Positions 1-11,949 of a stretch of DNA of 64,000 nt are shown piece by piece (position 1 is the stretch's first letter; each line of letters opens with the position of its first letter). The notes beneath the pieces were generated by a model. That model was given only the letters and a program-made list of their open reading frames with translations, did not search any database and was not told the origin of the DNA. The translations under genes were made by a program, and so were the position numbers. The DNA is from Octopus sinensis (Eukaryota): assembly GCF_006345805.1 (NCBI RefSeq), contig NW_021833746.1, forward strand, positions 7,766 through 71,765. Reading direction: 5' to 3'.

Positions 1-16
1 TCACACCTAATGCTCT

Positions 17-104
17 ATACATACATACATACATACATACATACATACATACATACATACATACATACACACACGCACACACATGCATACATACATACAT
101 ACAT
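17..104. repeat. (CATA)n microsatellite
   Basis: Direct tandem ATAC repeats. Confidence 0.95.
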
Positions 105-105
105 A

Positions 106-400
106 CTAGCTGGTGTACCAGGTAATTCCCGGGGGTAAAGATGTTCTATTTAAACACCTTATTACTCTGATATAAAAAAAAACCAATTTCGTTATAACTG
201 CCACAAAAAGTGTATTTTCTGTCCCGAAAAAGTACAAAAAACTGTCAGCTGAAGGAGGGAGAGATTGTTGGAGGTTGGCGAGTGAGGTTTTCAGAGGTTG
301 GCGAGTGAGGTTTTCAGAGGTTGGTGAGAAAGATTGTCAGAGGTTGGTGAGAGAGGTTTTCGGAGGTTGGCGAGAGAGGCCGTTGGAGATTGGCGAGAGA
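106..400 (-). mobile_element. Possible non-autonomous Helitron (second family) with internal ~26-bp repeats
   Basis: Minus strand ends CTAG|T at 109-105, preceded by an imperfect CCGGG/CCTGG hairpin; GAGGTTGGCGAG repeats at 270-400. The 5' TC/A-T junction is not clean. Confidence 0.35.
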
Positions 401-414
401 AATATATATATATA

Positions 415-806
415 CTAGCAGTATCGCCCGGCGTTGCTCGGGTTTGTAAGGGAAATAACTATATAAGCATTTTTAGAGATGTAAAGTATAATAGCTATCT
501 CAATATGGCTAACCACAAAGGGGGGGGGTGTTACTGTAGCTTTTTACCTGAGATTTAATAATACATTTTTAGAGAGTTACTTCCCTTATATAATAGCAAA
601 AAAATGCATTAAAAATGGGAAAAAATGATGGTAAACTTTTTTTTAAATAGTAGACTCGTAGACGCGCGCTAATACCCAGAAGGGCTCGATATGAATCACG
701 ACTATAAGATACCTGCTTTTGGTTACACTGCACCGCAAAATGTGGGAGTAGTTAGGAATCTAAATCGTAGGAGACAGACACACAACTTCACTTTTATATA
801 TAAAGA
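415..806 (-). mobile_element. Non-autonomous Helitron
   Basis: Minus strand reads A|TC...CCCGAGCAACGCCGGG hairpin...CTAG|T: 5' TC, 3' CTAG, subterminal hairpin, A-T target, no TSD. Second copy at 35161. Confidence 0.75.
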
Positions 807-834
807 TATATGTATACATTAATACATACAATGA

Positions 835-996
835 GCTTCTTAAAGTTTCCGTCTACCAAATCCACTCACAAGGCTTTGGTCAGCCCGAGGCTATAGTAGA
901 AGATAATTGCCCAAGGTGTTGAATTGTTCAACTAAAGGCGGTGCTCCATCATGGCCACAGTCAAATGACTGAAACAAATAAAAGAGTAAAAGAGTA
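835..996. mobile_element. SINE-A fragments (minus-strand core abutting plus-strand tail)
   Basis: Matches the SINE-A core in reverse at ~835-920 and the (TAAAAGAG)n tail forward at ~921-996. Confidence 0.75.
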
Positions 997-1173
997 AGTA
1001 AATAAATGGAAATCAAACTCGTGGGTATGTTAAATTAATAAAGCACTAAAAGAGAATGACCCTCCCCAGATACAATAAAAAATGCTTCAACACACAGATT
1101 CACATAAAGAATCCTGCAAACCAGTTGCAAAAATGAAATAATAATGTTATTTCTTTATTTTCTTCCATTGCAG

Positions 1174-1254
1174 TACATCGGTTCATTCTCAGTGATTGGA
1201 GTAGACCAAGGTATGAGAACTAATTTTGTGAAGAAGCATCTCGAAGACATGAGG
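1174..1254 (+). CDS. SH2D5: SH2D5-like PTB adaptor, coding exon A (YIGSFSVIGVDQGMRTNFVKKHLEDMR)
   Basis: Acceptor ttttcttccattgcag, donor AGG|gtgagt, 81 nt, phase 0/0. Resembles the PTB beta-1 motif YVGSF of SH2D5 as recalled. Confidence 0.85.
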
Positions 1255-1505
1255 GTGAGTCTGGGCTTTTTGGACATTCTCAATTCTGTGGTTGTTGTTT
1301 TTGTTGTTGTTGTTGTTATTGTTTGTTTCAGTTGTCAGTTTGTTGTTAGCCATGCTGGTGCCCCACCACGAAGGGTTTTTTTTGTCGAACAAATCTGTCC
1401 TGGTAATTATTGCTTCGGTGCTTATTCTGTCCGTGTCTATGCTGAACCACGGAACGACATGGACGTGAACAAACCATCACTGGTCTTTGAACAGTGAGTG
1501 AGACA

Positions 1506-1917
1506 AACAGTATAAACACAACAACCTACATACATACACTCACACACATTCACGCCCATACACACACATATACATACACACCCATACAGACATACACACA
1601 CATATACACACATACACACACTCATTCACACATATACACATATACACACATGCATACACACCCACACATACCCATACACACTCATACATAAACATACACA
1701 CATACACACACATATACATACACACATATACACACATACACACACTCATTCACACATACACACCCATACACACATACGCTCACACATACATACACATATA
1801 CATACACACCTATGCAGACATACACACATATACACACATGCACACCCACACCCACACACACCCACACACACACACATAAGCACACATACACATACACATA
1901 CATACACACACACACAC
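1506..1917. repeat. CA/CATA-rich compound microsatellite
   Basis: Low-complexity tandem repeats. Confidence 0.9.
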
Positions 1918-1984
1918 TTTGTAAGGAAGTTTTACTTCTTTCCGTTTTGTCTTTGGTCAGTGTTATTTCCTACGTGAAGGCACA

Positions 1985-2190
1985 TGGCCTAGGGGTCAGA
2001 GTCTTCAGCTCATGATCCTAAGGTTATAAGTTCAATTTCTAGCCAAGCAATGTGTCCTTGAGCAAGACTTTTTATTTTCACATTGCTCCAGTCCACTCCG
2101 CCGGCAAAAATGAGTAGTACCTGTAATTCAAAGGGCCAGCCTTGTCACATTCCATGTCACACTGAATCTCCCTGAGAACTACAAGAAAAA
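1985..2190 (+). mobile_element. SINE-C fragment (tRNA-like head, ccttgagcaag core)
   Basis: Similar to 38186-38515 (+) and to the reverse complement of 3874-4190 and 10800-10980. Confidence 0.6.
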
Positions 2191-2574
2191 TTGAAGTACG
2201 CCTTTGACAATTCTTGAACATAGGGAACTTCTGTTGTGTTTGACTTTTGGCCTACCCTTATGATTTTACTTCTCTTTCTTTTTACTCCCACCACCGCCAC
2301 CACCTCAGCCTCTGCTTCTCAGGGAGAGCTGAACAGTGTGTGGGGGGGGGGTTTGCATGTATGTGTGTATATATGTGTGTGTCAGAGAATCTTCAGGGAA
2401 GAAGCACCTCCAGTCCATCTCATGCAAGTGTCTTGGCCCTTAAAACTTTTGGGACACATGGTGTTTTGGTATGTGTAGCTGAAAAGACCCCAGTTTTTTT
2501 TTCAGTTGAGATTCAACTTGAGGGGTGCATGCAGAAAACAATGGATAAAGTGCCTAAAGCTACTTTATTAGTAC

Positions 2575-2575
<1 letters not shown>

Positions 2576-2607
<32 letters not shown>

Positions 2608-3855
2608 TTAACGTCTGCTTTCCATGCTAGCATGGGTTAGACGATTTGACTGAGGACTGGCAAACCAGATGGCTGCACCAGGCTCCAATCTTGATCTGGC
2701 AGAGTTTCTACAGCTGGATGCCCTTCCCAATGCCAACCACTCGGAGAGTGTAATGGGTGCTTTTACATGCCGTAGTATGGGTTGGACAATTTGACTGAGG
2801 ACTGGTGAACCAGATGGCTGCACCAGGCTCCAATCTTGATCTGGCAGAGTTTCTACAGCTGGATGCCCTTCCCAATGCCAACCACTCGGAGAGTGTAATG
2901 GGTGCTTTTACATGCCGTAGTATGGGTTGGACAATTTGACTGAGGACTGGTGAACCAGATGGCTGCACCAGGCTCCAATCTTGATCTGGCAGAGTTTCTA
3001 CAGCTGGATGCCCTTCCTAACGCCAACCACTCCGAGAGTATAGTGGGTGCTTTTACATGCCGTAGTATGGGTTGGACAATTTGACTGAGGACTGGTGAAC
3101 CAGATGGCTGCACCAGGCTCCAATCTTGATCTGGCAGAGTTTCTACAGCTGGATGCCCTTCCCAATGCCAACCACTCGGAGAGTGTAATGGGTGCTTTTA
3201 CATGCCGTAGTATGGGTTGGACAATTTGACTGAGGACTGGTGAACCAGATGGCTGCACCAGGCTCCAATCTTGATCTGGCAGAGTTTCTACAGCTGGATG
3301 CCCTTCCCAATGCCACCACTCGGAGAGTGTAATGGGTGCTTTTACATGCGTAGTATGGGTTGGACAATTGACTGAGGACTGGTGAACCAGATGGCTGCAC
3401 CAGGCTCCAATCTTGATCTGGCAGAGTTTCTACAGCTGGATGCCCTTCCCAATGCCAACCACTCGGAGAGTGTAATGGGTGCTTTTACATGCCGTAGTAT
3501 GGTTGGACAATTTGACTGAGGACGGTGAACCAGATGGCTGCACCAGGCTCCAATCTTGATCTGGCAGAGTTTCTACTACAGCTGGATGCCCTTCCTAACG
3601 CCAACCACTCCGAGAGTATAGTGGGTGCTTTTACATGCCGTAGTATGGTTGGACAATTTGACTGAGGACTGGTGAACCAGATGGCTGCACCAGGCTCCAA
3701 TCTTGATCTGGCAGAGTTTCTACAGCTGGATGCCCTTCCTAACGCCAACCACTCCGAGAGTATAGTGGGTGCTTTTACATGCCACCGGCATGAGGGCCAG
3801 TCAGGCGGTACTGGCAAAGGCCATGGTCAAATGGTTTTTACATGCCACCTGCACA
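2576..3855 (-). repeat. 145-bp tandem array (8 units) derived from an RTE LINE 3' UTR
   Basis: Units start at about 2632, 2777, 2922, 3067, 3212, 3356, 3498, 3644; the array begins at the (CAT)n tail; the unit matches the reverse complement of ~59375-59510. Confidence 0.9.
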
Positions 3856-3873
3856 AAGCTATATATATATCTA

Positions 3874-4190
3874 ACTAGCACTCCATCGGTTATGATGATG
3901 AGGGTTCCGGTTGATCCGATCACTGGAACAGCCTGCTCGTGAAATTAATGTGCAAGTGGCTGAGCACTCCACAGACATGTGCACCTTTAACATATTTCTC
4001 AGGGAGATGCAGCATGCTACAGAGTGTGACAAGACTGGCCCTTTTGAATTACAGGTACAATACATTGCTACCCAGCTGATTGGACTGGAGCAATGTGAAA
4101 TAAAGTGTCTTGCTCAAGGACACAAGACATTGCCAGAAATTGAACTCACAACTTTGTGATTATCAGCCAAATACCCTAACTACTGCGCCT
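3874..4190 (-). mobile_element. SINE-C copy
   Basis: Reverse complement carries a tRNA-like head and the gtgtccttgagcaagacactttatttcac core shared with 1985 and 38186. Confidence 0.65.
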
Positions 4191-4402
4191 TCACATATAT
4201 TATATAGTTTTATATTATATCTACTGAAGGATGATCTCTGATTGGCTCTTACACTTCAAAACCAATCAATCATGTTTGTTTGATCTGGCTGATGGATTGA
4301 CCTCAACTTGTATCACTTGGATGAGGGCTAAACCCCTTACACTCTAAGAAGAGCTGACCTATATCCAGGCCATGACCATGCTACATTTACTACATCATAA
4401 GC

Positions 4403-4580
4403 ACTACTACTACTACTACTACTACTACTATTACTACTACCACCACCACCACCACCACCACCACCACCACTACTACTACTACCACTACTACTACTACTAC
4501 AGCTGCTGCTGCTGCTACTACTACTGCGACTGCTGCTGTTGTTGCTGTTGCTACTACTACTACTACTACTGCTACTGCTG

Positions 4581-4660
<80 letters not shown>

Positions 4661-4796
4661 ACTACTACTGCTACTACTACTGCTGCTGCTACTACTACTA
4701 CTACTGCTGCTGCTGCTACTACTACTGCTACTACTGTGGCTGTTGCTGTTGTTGCTGTTGCTACTACTACTACTACTACTACTACTGCTGCTGCTG

Positions 4797-4846
<50 letters not shown>

Positions 4847-4860
4847 ACTACTGCTGCTGC
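4403..4860. repeat. (CTA/CTG/CAC)n compound trinucleotide repeat
   Basis: Direct; source of the poly-Y/C/V/S/L ORFs. Confidence 0.95.
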
Positions 4861-4987
4861 CAAAACCACCCACTCATCAATCCACCCATCATTCTTAATA
4901 GACCATTTTATACCATCTGTTGTCCTCATTAGCAAGGGACTTCCTGTACCAGCTGTATACAGGTGAAAGGTCAAGCTGTCATCTTAG

Positions 4988-5020
<33 letters not shown>

Positions 5021-5164
5021 ATGGTGGTTCTTGAATGGTGAAGATGGTGGTGGTCCTATTGGTAAGCCATATGGTTGCAGTGATGGTGCTGCAGTTGTGG
5101 TGGTGGTCACATGTGGAAGTAGTGATGGTTAGTGGTGCTGATAGTAATGGTGGTATTAGTAGTA

Positions 5165-5355
5165 GTATTTCGTCTGCCGTTGTTACGTTCTGTGTTCAAA
5201 TTCCGCCGAGGTTGACTTTGCCTTTCATCCTTTCGGGGTCGATTAAATAAGTACCAGTTATTCACTGTGGTCGGTGAAATCGACTTAATCCATTTGTCTG
5301 TCCTTGTTTGTCCTCTCTGTGTTTAGCCCCTTGTGGGTAGTAAAGGAATAGATAT
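5165..5355 (+). mobile_element. SINE-B body (head missing)
   Basis: gtatttcgtctgccgttacgttc...gcctttcatcctttcggggtcga...gccccttgtggg, shared with 22004, 23870 and 48850. Confidence 0.8.
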
Positions 5356-5736
5356 TAGTAGTAGTAGTAGTGGTAGTCATGAGTGGTGATGGTGGTGGTT
5401 GTGAGTGGTAACGATGATGGTGTTGGTGGTAGTGGGGATGATGATGGGGTGGTGAGAGTAGTAGCCCTGAGTAATGATGATAATGGTGATGATGGTGATG
5501 GTGATAGAGGTGGAAGAGATGATGGTCTTGGCAGTGGTGGAATGGTGATAATGCAACTATTTGGTGGTTGTGTTGGTAGTAGTATTAAATCAACACTGAA
5601 CTAACAAACCTATGATCAAAGGCGTTCCGGATGTGACCTTCCCATTTTTTTTTTTATCTAGATGGCAGGTGTGCTTTGAGGGAGATTTGGCTGTGATCTT
5701 TCCTGTTTGGTTGCCATTTATCAATTTCTTCAATTT

Positions 5737-5940
5737 TTATTCTTTTACTTGTTTCAGTCACTTGACTGCGGCCATGCTGGAGCACTGCCTTTAGTTGAAC
5801 AAATCAACCCCAGGTCTTATTCTTTGTAAGCCTAGTGGTTATTCTATCAGTCTCTTTTGCCGAACCGCTAAGTTACAGGGATGTAAACACAGCAGCATCG
5901 GTTGTCAAGTGATGGTGGGGCAACAAACACAGACACAAAT

Positions 5941-5960
<20 letters not shown>
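5737..5960 (-). mobile_element. SINE-A 3' half
   Basis: Reverse complement of the SINE-A tail region. Confidence 0.85.
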
Positions 5961-5976
<16 letters not shown>

Positions 5977-6039
5977 CTATATATATATATTGGTGTTTGG
6001 AAGGATATCTAGCTGTAAAGACCTTGCCAGAACTAACCT

Positions 6040-6210
6040 CGCCTGTGCTTGTGCCACTTAAAAAGCACCAAGTCCACTCTACTGAGTGGTTGGGGTTAGG
6101 AAGGGCATCCAGCTGTAAAAATCCCTGTCAAAACAGTCACAGAAGTCTGGTGCAGGCTTCTGCCTGGCCCTATCAAGCTGTCCCACCCATGCCAGCATGG
6201 AAGGCAGATA
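6040..6210 (+). mobile_element. 5'-truncated RTE 3' UTR copy
   Basis: gagtggttggggttaggaagggcatccagctgta...cccatgccagcatgg matches ~59390-59515. Confidence 0.7.
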
Positions 6211-6214
6211 TTAA

Positions 6215-6423
6215 CCCTTTAGCATATCTGGCCAAAAGTATTCTGCCTGTTTTATGTTCAAACAGGCCATATCTGGTCTCTCACACCAACCCTACAATAT
6301 TGTTTTAAAAATTAACAGCTACCTCATCAAAATCTCAAAAGCTACAAGATAATGCATGATTAGTTCAAAACAATGTGGATGAAGAAGCATTAATTTTGGC
6401 AGAATAATGCGAACACTAAAGGG
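6215..6423 (+). mobile_element. piggyBac-like MITE
   Basis: TTAA|CCCTTTAG...CTAAAGGG|TTGA: short TIRs and a near-TTAA target; family also at 26153 and 45325-46025. Confidence 0.7.
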
Positions 6424-6857
6424 TTGATGATGAATTATTCTCTAACCAATATATTTACATGACTGACAGGCAGGAACCTGTCCAGTTGCTTCCACCTACA
6501 TTTTGGCATAATTAAAATAATATTAGGTCATCAGCTAATATTATTTGATTTCCCTCTTCGCATATTTAATTTTTCGGTTAAGGTTTTTAATTACTCCATA
6601 CATTAATTAATTATGCACTAAGCATTAATTCTCTGATGTATCTGTAGTTTGATTATTTCACTCTTTGGAGGCATCAAATTGCATCAGACTGCCGATATAG
6701 TTCAGAAATTAATACTATGTTATGCATAATTAATTAATACATGGAGTAATTAAAAATCCTAACTAAAAAAATTTGATGTTTGGTGCATGATTAGTTAATT
6801 AATTTGAGCAAATTGCCAAATCTCGAACTAATCATTTTATATATATATATATATTTA

Positions 6858-7019
6858 GGCGCAGGAGTGGCTGTGTGGTAAGTAGCTTGCTTACCAACCA
6901 CATGGTTCCGGGTTCAGTCCCACTGCATGGCACTTCGGGCAGGTGTCTTCTACTACAGCCTCGGGCCGACCAAAGCCTTGTTAGTGGATTTGGTAGACGG
7001 AAACTGAAGGAAGCCTGTC

Positions 7020-7062
<43 letters not shown>

Positions 7063-7279
7063 TGCTTGTGTGTCTGTGTTTGTCCCCACAAAATCGCTTG
7101 ACAACCGATGCTGGTGTGTTTATGTCCCCCGTTACTTAGTGGTTCGGCAAAAGAGACCGATAGAATAAGTACTGGGCTTACAAAAAGAATAATTCCCGGG
7201 GTCGAGTTGCTCGATAAAAGGCGGTGCTCCAGCATGGCCGCAGACAAATGACTGAAACAAGTAAAAGAGTAAAAGAGTA
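6858..7279 (+). mobile_element. SINE-A full-length copy (tRNA-derived, CORE-like; possibly the octopus OR1/OR2 type)
   Basis: A-box TGGCTGTGTGG, B-box GGTTCAGTCCC, a gggcaggtgtc core, internal (TA)n(TG)n, (TAAAAGAG)n tail. Family name is inference. Confidence 0.9.
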
Positions 7280-7526
7280 CTATATTTTTATATATATAAA
7301 ATGCAAAAATGGGACAAGAACAAAAACATCCAGACACACGATAGAAGGAAACTTGGACAGGTCATTTGGAGTTTTCTTTCCTCAGTCATTAGACTGCAGC
7401 CATACATTTTGAAGAATTTTTAGTCGAATGTATCAACCTCCAGGGCTTATTTTTTTATACGCCTGGTACTTAGAGATGTAAACACACAGCATCATTTGTC
7501 AAGGGTTGATGGCAGGACAACCACCA

Positions 7527-7576
<50 letters not shown>

Positions 7577-7580
<4 letters not shown>

Positions 7581-7778
7581 TATTAGTGAATTGAAGAAAT
7601 GGAGCTGAACGAAGATTGAACAGAAATCGTTTTATTTCATTCTACACGTGTTTCGAAAGGCACAATTTACCAAAATCCGATTGAAACGTGTTTCTACATC
7701 GACACACGTGTAGAATGAAATAAAACGATTTCTGTTCAATCTTCGTTCAGCTCCATTTCTTCAATTCACTAATAATAT
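7577..7778. repeat. Perfect 75-bp inverted repeat with 52-nt spacer
   Basis: 7577-7651 is the exact reverse complement of 7704-7778. Confidence 0.95.
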
Positions 7779-7952
7779 TAAAATTCAATTATCCGCACCA
7801 ACGCACGGTTGCAACACCATATGGTTGTACCTCCAACCGTGCTGTCTTCTGCTGTGATTTTTGCTACCAAGGTATCGGTTAAACTTTTGATTAATCTGCT
7901 ACAAGATTATTCATCTTTCTATTTCACATAATATATATATACATATGTATAT

Positions 7953-8384
7953 ATTCTTTTACTCTTTTACTTGTTTCAGTCATTTGACTGCGGCCATGCT
8001 GGAGCACCGACTTTAGTCGAGCAAATCGACCCCGGGACTTATTCGTTGTAAGCCCAGTACTTATTCTATCAGTCTGTTTTGCCGAACAGTCTGTTTTGCC
8101 GAACTGCTAAGTGACGGGGACATAAACACACCAGCATCGGTTGTCAAGCAATGCTACGGGGACAAACACAGACACACAAACATATACACACACACGCATA
8201 TATAAATATATACATATATACGACAGGCTTCTTTCAGTTTCCGTCTACCAAATCCACTCACAAGGCATTAGTCGGCCCGGGGCTATAGCAGAAGACACTT
8301 GCCCAAGATGCCATGCAGTGGGACTGAACCCGGAACCATGTGGTTGGTAAGCAAGCTACTTACCACACAGCCACTCCTGTGCCT
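7953..8384 (-). mobile_element. SINE-A full-length copy (extra degenerate head at 8391-8503)
   Basis: Reverse complement of the 6858-7279 family. Confidence 0.9.
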
Positions 8385-8638
8385 ATATATGATAGGCTTC
8401 TTTCAGTTTCCGCCTGTCAAATCCACTCACAAGGCTATATAGTAAAAGACATTTGCCCAAAGTGCTGCATAGCAGGATTGAACCCAGAACCATGTGGTTG
8501 GGATTTTTTGTTAACATCTTCAACACTTCCAGCATTAAATGTGTTTGCTCTAACTTAACTGTTGTCTTTTATTTTTGTACTTGTTTCCAGATGCAGATGG
8601 CGTGTCTGAGTAAGCCATTTTCCACCCCCCACCCCCCC

Positions 8639-8672
<34 letters not shown>

Positions 8673-8705
8673 GCAATAATTCTTTTCATTGACTTCTCTT
8701 TCCAG

Positions 8706-8780
8706 GATGTGGTGAAGAGTATCAAAGTGTTGCTGGTCATTTCATTGTCTGGTGTGAAAGTATGTAGTAGCAAAGGGGAG
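8706..8780 (+). CDS. SH2D5: SH2D5-like PTB adaptor, coding exon B (DVVKSIKVLLVISLSGVKVCSSKGE)
   Basis: Acceptor cttctcttttccag, donor GAG|gtaagt, 75 nt, phase 0/0. Colinear with the recalled SH2D5 segment [25 protein letters not shown]. Absent from the ORF track. Confidence 0.85.
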
Positions 8781-9115
8781 GTAAGTAGACTTGTTTGCAC
8801 CAGAAGCAAATGCCTCTTTCTTACAGGTTCAGTAATCGGTTCAGTGAACTAAGGCGCTGAACCGTTGACCACATGATAAGTTATAGGGATGTAAATTCAC
8901 CAACACCATTTGTCAAGCGGTGGTGGTGGGGACACACACAAACACACACACACACACACACACAATATTTACACATACATACATACATACATACATGTAT
9001 ATATCATGTGACCGACCAGACCATCAGATGTTGCTACACATCGCTGGTCACAATGCGTTCGCATTGTTTTAGCCTGGTCGAAACATATCTACGTTTATCT
9101 AAGTTTACATATATA

Positions 9116-9510
9116 AAAATATATATTATATAATTAGGGCTTAGTAAAATAAATTACTTTGCCACATACTGAACTTTCTAGAAATAGCAGCCAAAAAGTT
9201 TTTTAGCCATTTCCACTACTTTAAGAAAAATTCTCCCAGATAATGTTTACTCAAAAATAAGTTATATTTGAGTAAACATTATCTGGGAGAATTTTTCTTA
9301 AAGTAGTGGAAATGGCTAAAAAACTTTTTGGCTGCTATTTCTAGAAAGTTCAGTATGTGGCAAAGTAATTTATTTTACTAAGCCCTAATTATATAATATA
9401 TATTTTGAATACGCCTTAAATGGTCCTTTTACATACTGAACACTACTTGGTGAAATTGATTAATAACTAATTAATTTACCCTCAATTATTGATATAAAAA
9501 TATATATATA
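9116..9510. mobile_element. Fold-back element: 140-bp perfect palindrome plus one-sided tail
   Basis: Arms 9116-9255 and 9267-9406 are exact reverse complements; unique tail 9407-9510 ends in (TA)n. Confidence 0.9.
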
Positions 9511-9519
9511 TGAGGATAC

Positions 9520-9818
9520 ACAGAATGGCATTTAAACGCCGACTTATACCAGGGGCTACCAAAAGTAACATTGAAGATACGGTATAGAAGGATGAGGCTG
9601 GCTGGACACTGCATCAGACATACCGATGAAATTGCTAACATGCTAGTGCTCAGGCAACCAACAGAAGGATGAGCAAGAAGGAAGACAACCTATATCAACA
9701 ACTTGGTGGAGGTTCCTGGTATGGAAGGGTTTACATGAGCTGAGAATCATTATGGAAGATCGAGATGAGTGGGGGAAATGTGTGGAAACAGTCTTGGGGC
9801 ATCCTGAGGGCCGACTTA
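9520..9818 (+). mobile_element. RTE-clade LINE C-terminal remnant
   Basis: Translates to KIRYRRMRLAGHCIRHTDEIANMLVLRQPTEG*...ELRIIMEDRDEW, typical of the RTE post-RT tail; contains a stop and a frameshift. Confidence 0.7.
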
Positions 9819-9839
9819 GATATATATATATATATATAA

Positions 9840-10371
9840 CAATTAAGGATAACTTCTTAATAAGGAATCTTAACAAGAAATTATCAGGTAGTTAGCGTGA
9901 AAAACCTCATAAGAGAAAAATTCGAAAATTATTTTTTTTCTTTTGAACATATTAATTTATATTGTATAGAGGGCATTATTACACATAAATGCCTCAATAA
10001 AAGGGTGAAATTAATTAATTTTACCAAGTATGTAAAAAGACCATTTATGGTATATTTAAAACATTATGTTATATAATTAGGGTTCAGTAAAATAATTTAC
10101 TTTACCACACACCAAACTTTGAGAAATAGCAGCCAAAAAATCATAGCTATTTCTTCTACTATAAGAATCTCCTAGACAATGCATACTCAAAAATAATTCA
10201 CACAGGTTATTTTTCCCTCCATACCTGTGTGAATTATTTTTGAGTAAGCATTGTCTGGGAGATTTTTCTTATAGTAGAAGAAATAGCTAAGATTTTTTGG
10301 CTGCTATTTCTAAAAGTTCGGTGTGTGGTAAAGTAAATTATTTTACTGAACCCTAATTATATAACGTAATG
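9840..10371. mobile_element. Fold-back element, same family as 9116
   Basis: Arms ~10062-10207 and 10223-10371 (a few mismatches, one small indel); one-sided tail 9840-10061. Confidence 0.85.
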
Positions 10372-10544
10372 CTTTATATATATATATATATATATATATG
10401 ATATATAACGTTCACATACATATATCTATAACGCTATGCATAAAAAAATAACATAAAAATAATATATATATATAAAAAAAAATATTTATAAAAGTATGAA
10501 AATTTCTAAGCTCATCACTAAAGTTCGTCTGTTTGTCATTGCAG

Positions 10545-10691
10545 AGTGTATACATGGCTCATGCCTTAAAACGAATATCCTTTGCGACCTGTGACCCGGA
10601 TTATTGCCAGTTCTCTTTTCTTGCCAGAGAGCCAAAAGGACAGATCAATGTTCAGTTCTGTCATGCTTTTGTCACCCGCAACTCTCCAGAA
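10545..10691 (+). CDS. SH2D5: SH2D5-like PTB adaptor, coding exon C (SVYMAHALKRISFATCDPDYCQFSFLAREPKGQINVQFCHAFVTRNSPE)
   Basis: Acceptor gtttgtcattgcag, donor GAA|gtaagt, 147 nt, phase 0/0. Strong match to the recalled SH2D5 segment [29 protein letters not shown]...LFCHLFV. Confidence 0.9.
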
Positions 10692-10980
10692 GTAAGTATT
10701 GTTTCCGTCTTTGTGGGTGGGTCATTGTGCCAATGATAAAACACACATTGGTTCAATTTCACTTAATTTTTTTTTTATTAGTCAATTGGTTGGTACTCCG
10801 TTGGCTAGGATGACGTGCATTTCAGTTGATCCGGTCAATGGAACAGCCTGCTTGTGAAAATAACATGCAAGTGGGTGAGTACTCCATATGCACCCCACAG
10901 ACATACAAACCCTTATGTAGTTCACAGGGAGATTCGGCATGGCACAGAATGTGACAAGGCTGGCCCTTTGAAATACAGGT

Positions 10981-11189
10981 ACTCTCTCTTTTACTTATTT
11001 CAGTCATTTGACTGCGGCCATGCTGGAGTACTGCCTTTAGTCGAGCAACTCGACCCTGGGACTTATTCTTTTTGTAAGCCCAGTACTTATTCTATCAGTC
11101 TCTTTTTGCCGTACCGCTAAGTGACGGGGACATAAACACACCAACATCGGTTGTCAAGCAATGCTAGGGGGACAAACACAGACACACAA

Positions 11190-11224
<35 letters not shown>

Positions 11225-11238
11225 CATATATACGACAG
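10981..11238 (-). mobile_element. SINE-A 3' half
   Basis: Reverse complement of the tail and internal microsatellite. Confidence 0.85.
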
Positions 11239-11399
11239 GCATATATACGATATGGCTGGTTTAAGCCCTTAACACTCAGATTACTCTCTCAAACATGAAG
11301 CTTATTCATGTTGTTTTGAATTAATCCTGCATTATCTCATTGCTTCAAGATTTCAATGATGTAATGGTTTTATTTTTAGAATTATAAATATATATATAT

Positions 11400-11911
11400 A
11401 ATTATATACATCAAAATAAGCAGCAAGAATGACTCCGGTGATTTGGTGCGATCGTTTCGTACTACATCATTTTATTAAATGTTGTATTACAACAGTTTTG
11501 GAATGCTGGGCACTCATCAGTCAGTTGTAGAGGTTTTCCATTAATACAAGAATTTTCATATCAAGTGGCAACATTGTAGAGAGGGTGGATACATGGACAG
11601 GGATGTGGATTTGAATTTTAGGAATATTTGGGGTGGTGGAGCCCATCAACTGACTGACTGAGATTCAGTTGTTCCAGACTACTGTAGGGTTCTGAGAGGG
11701 AAGAACAAATTTATGTCTATACTGGAAAAAAAATTTTCCAGCCTCCCATAAATATCATAAAATAATTTCTAAAAAATCAGTGAGAATTTCATATTCCACT
11801 CTCCCAAATATGGCTACCATAGTAGCTAGACTTAATAGTAAAAACATTAAGTTAGCCAGGAGTGGAATGAATAGTAACAACAATGATAGTAATAATAATT
11901 GTAAAAATAGC

Positions 11912-11949
<38 letters not shown>

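Noticed and set aside
3300-3660. Single-base indels in array units 5-7 as real variants
   Set aside because: The pattern resembles long-read consensus error; cannot be trusted without reads.
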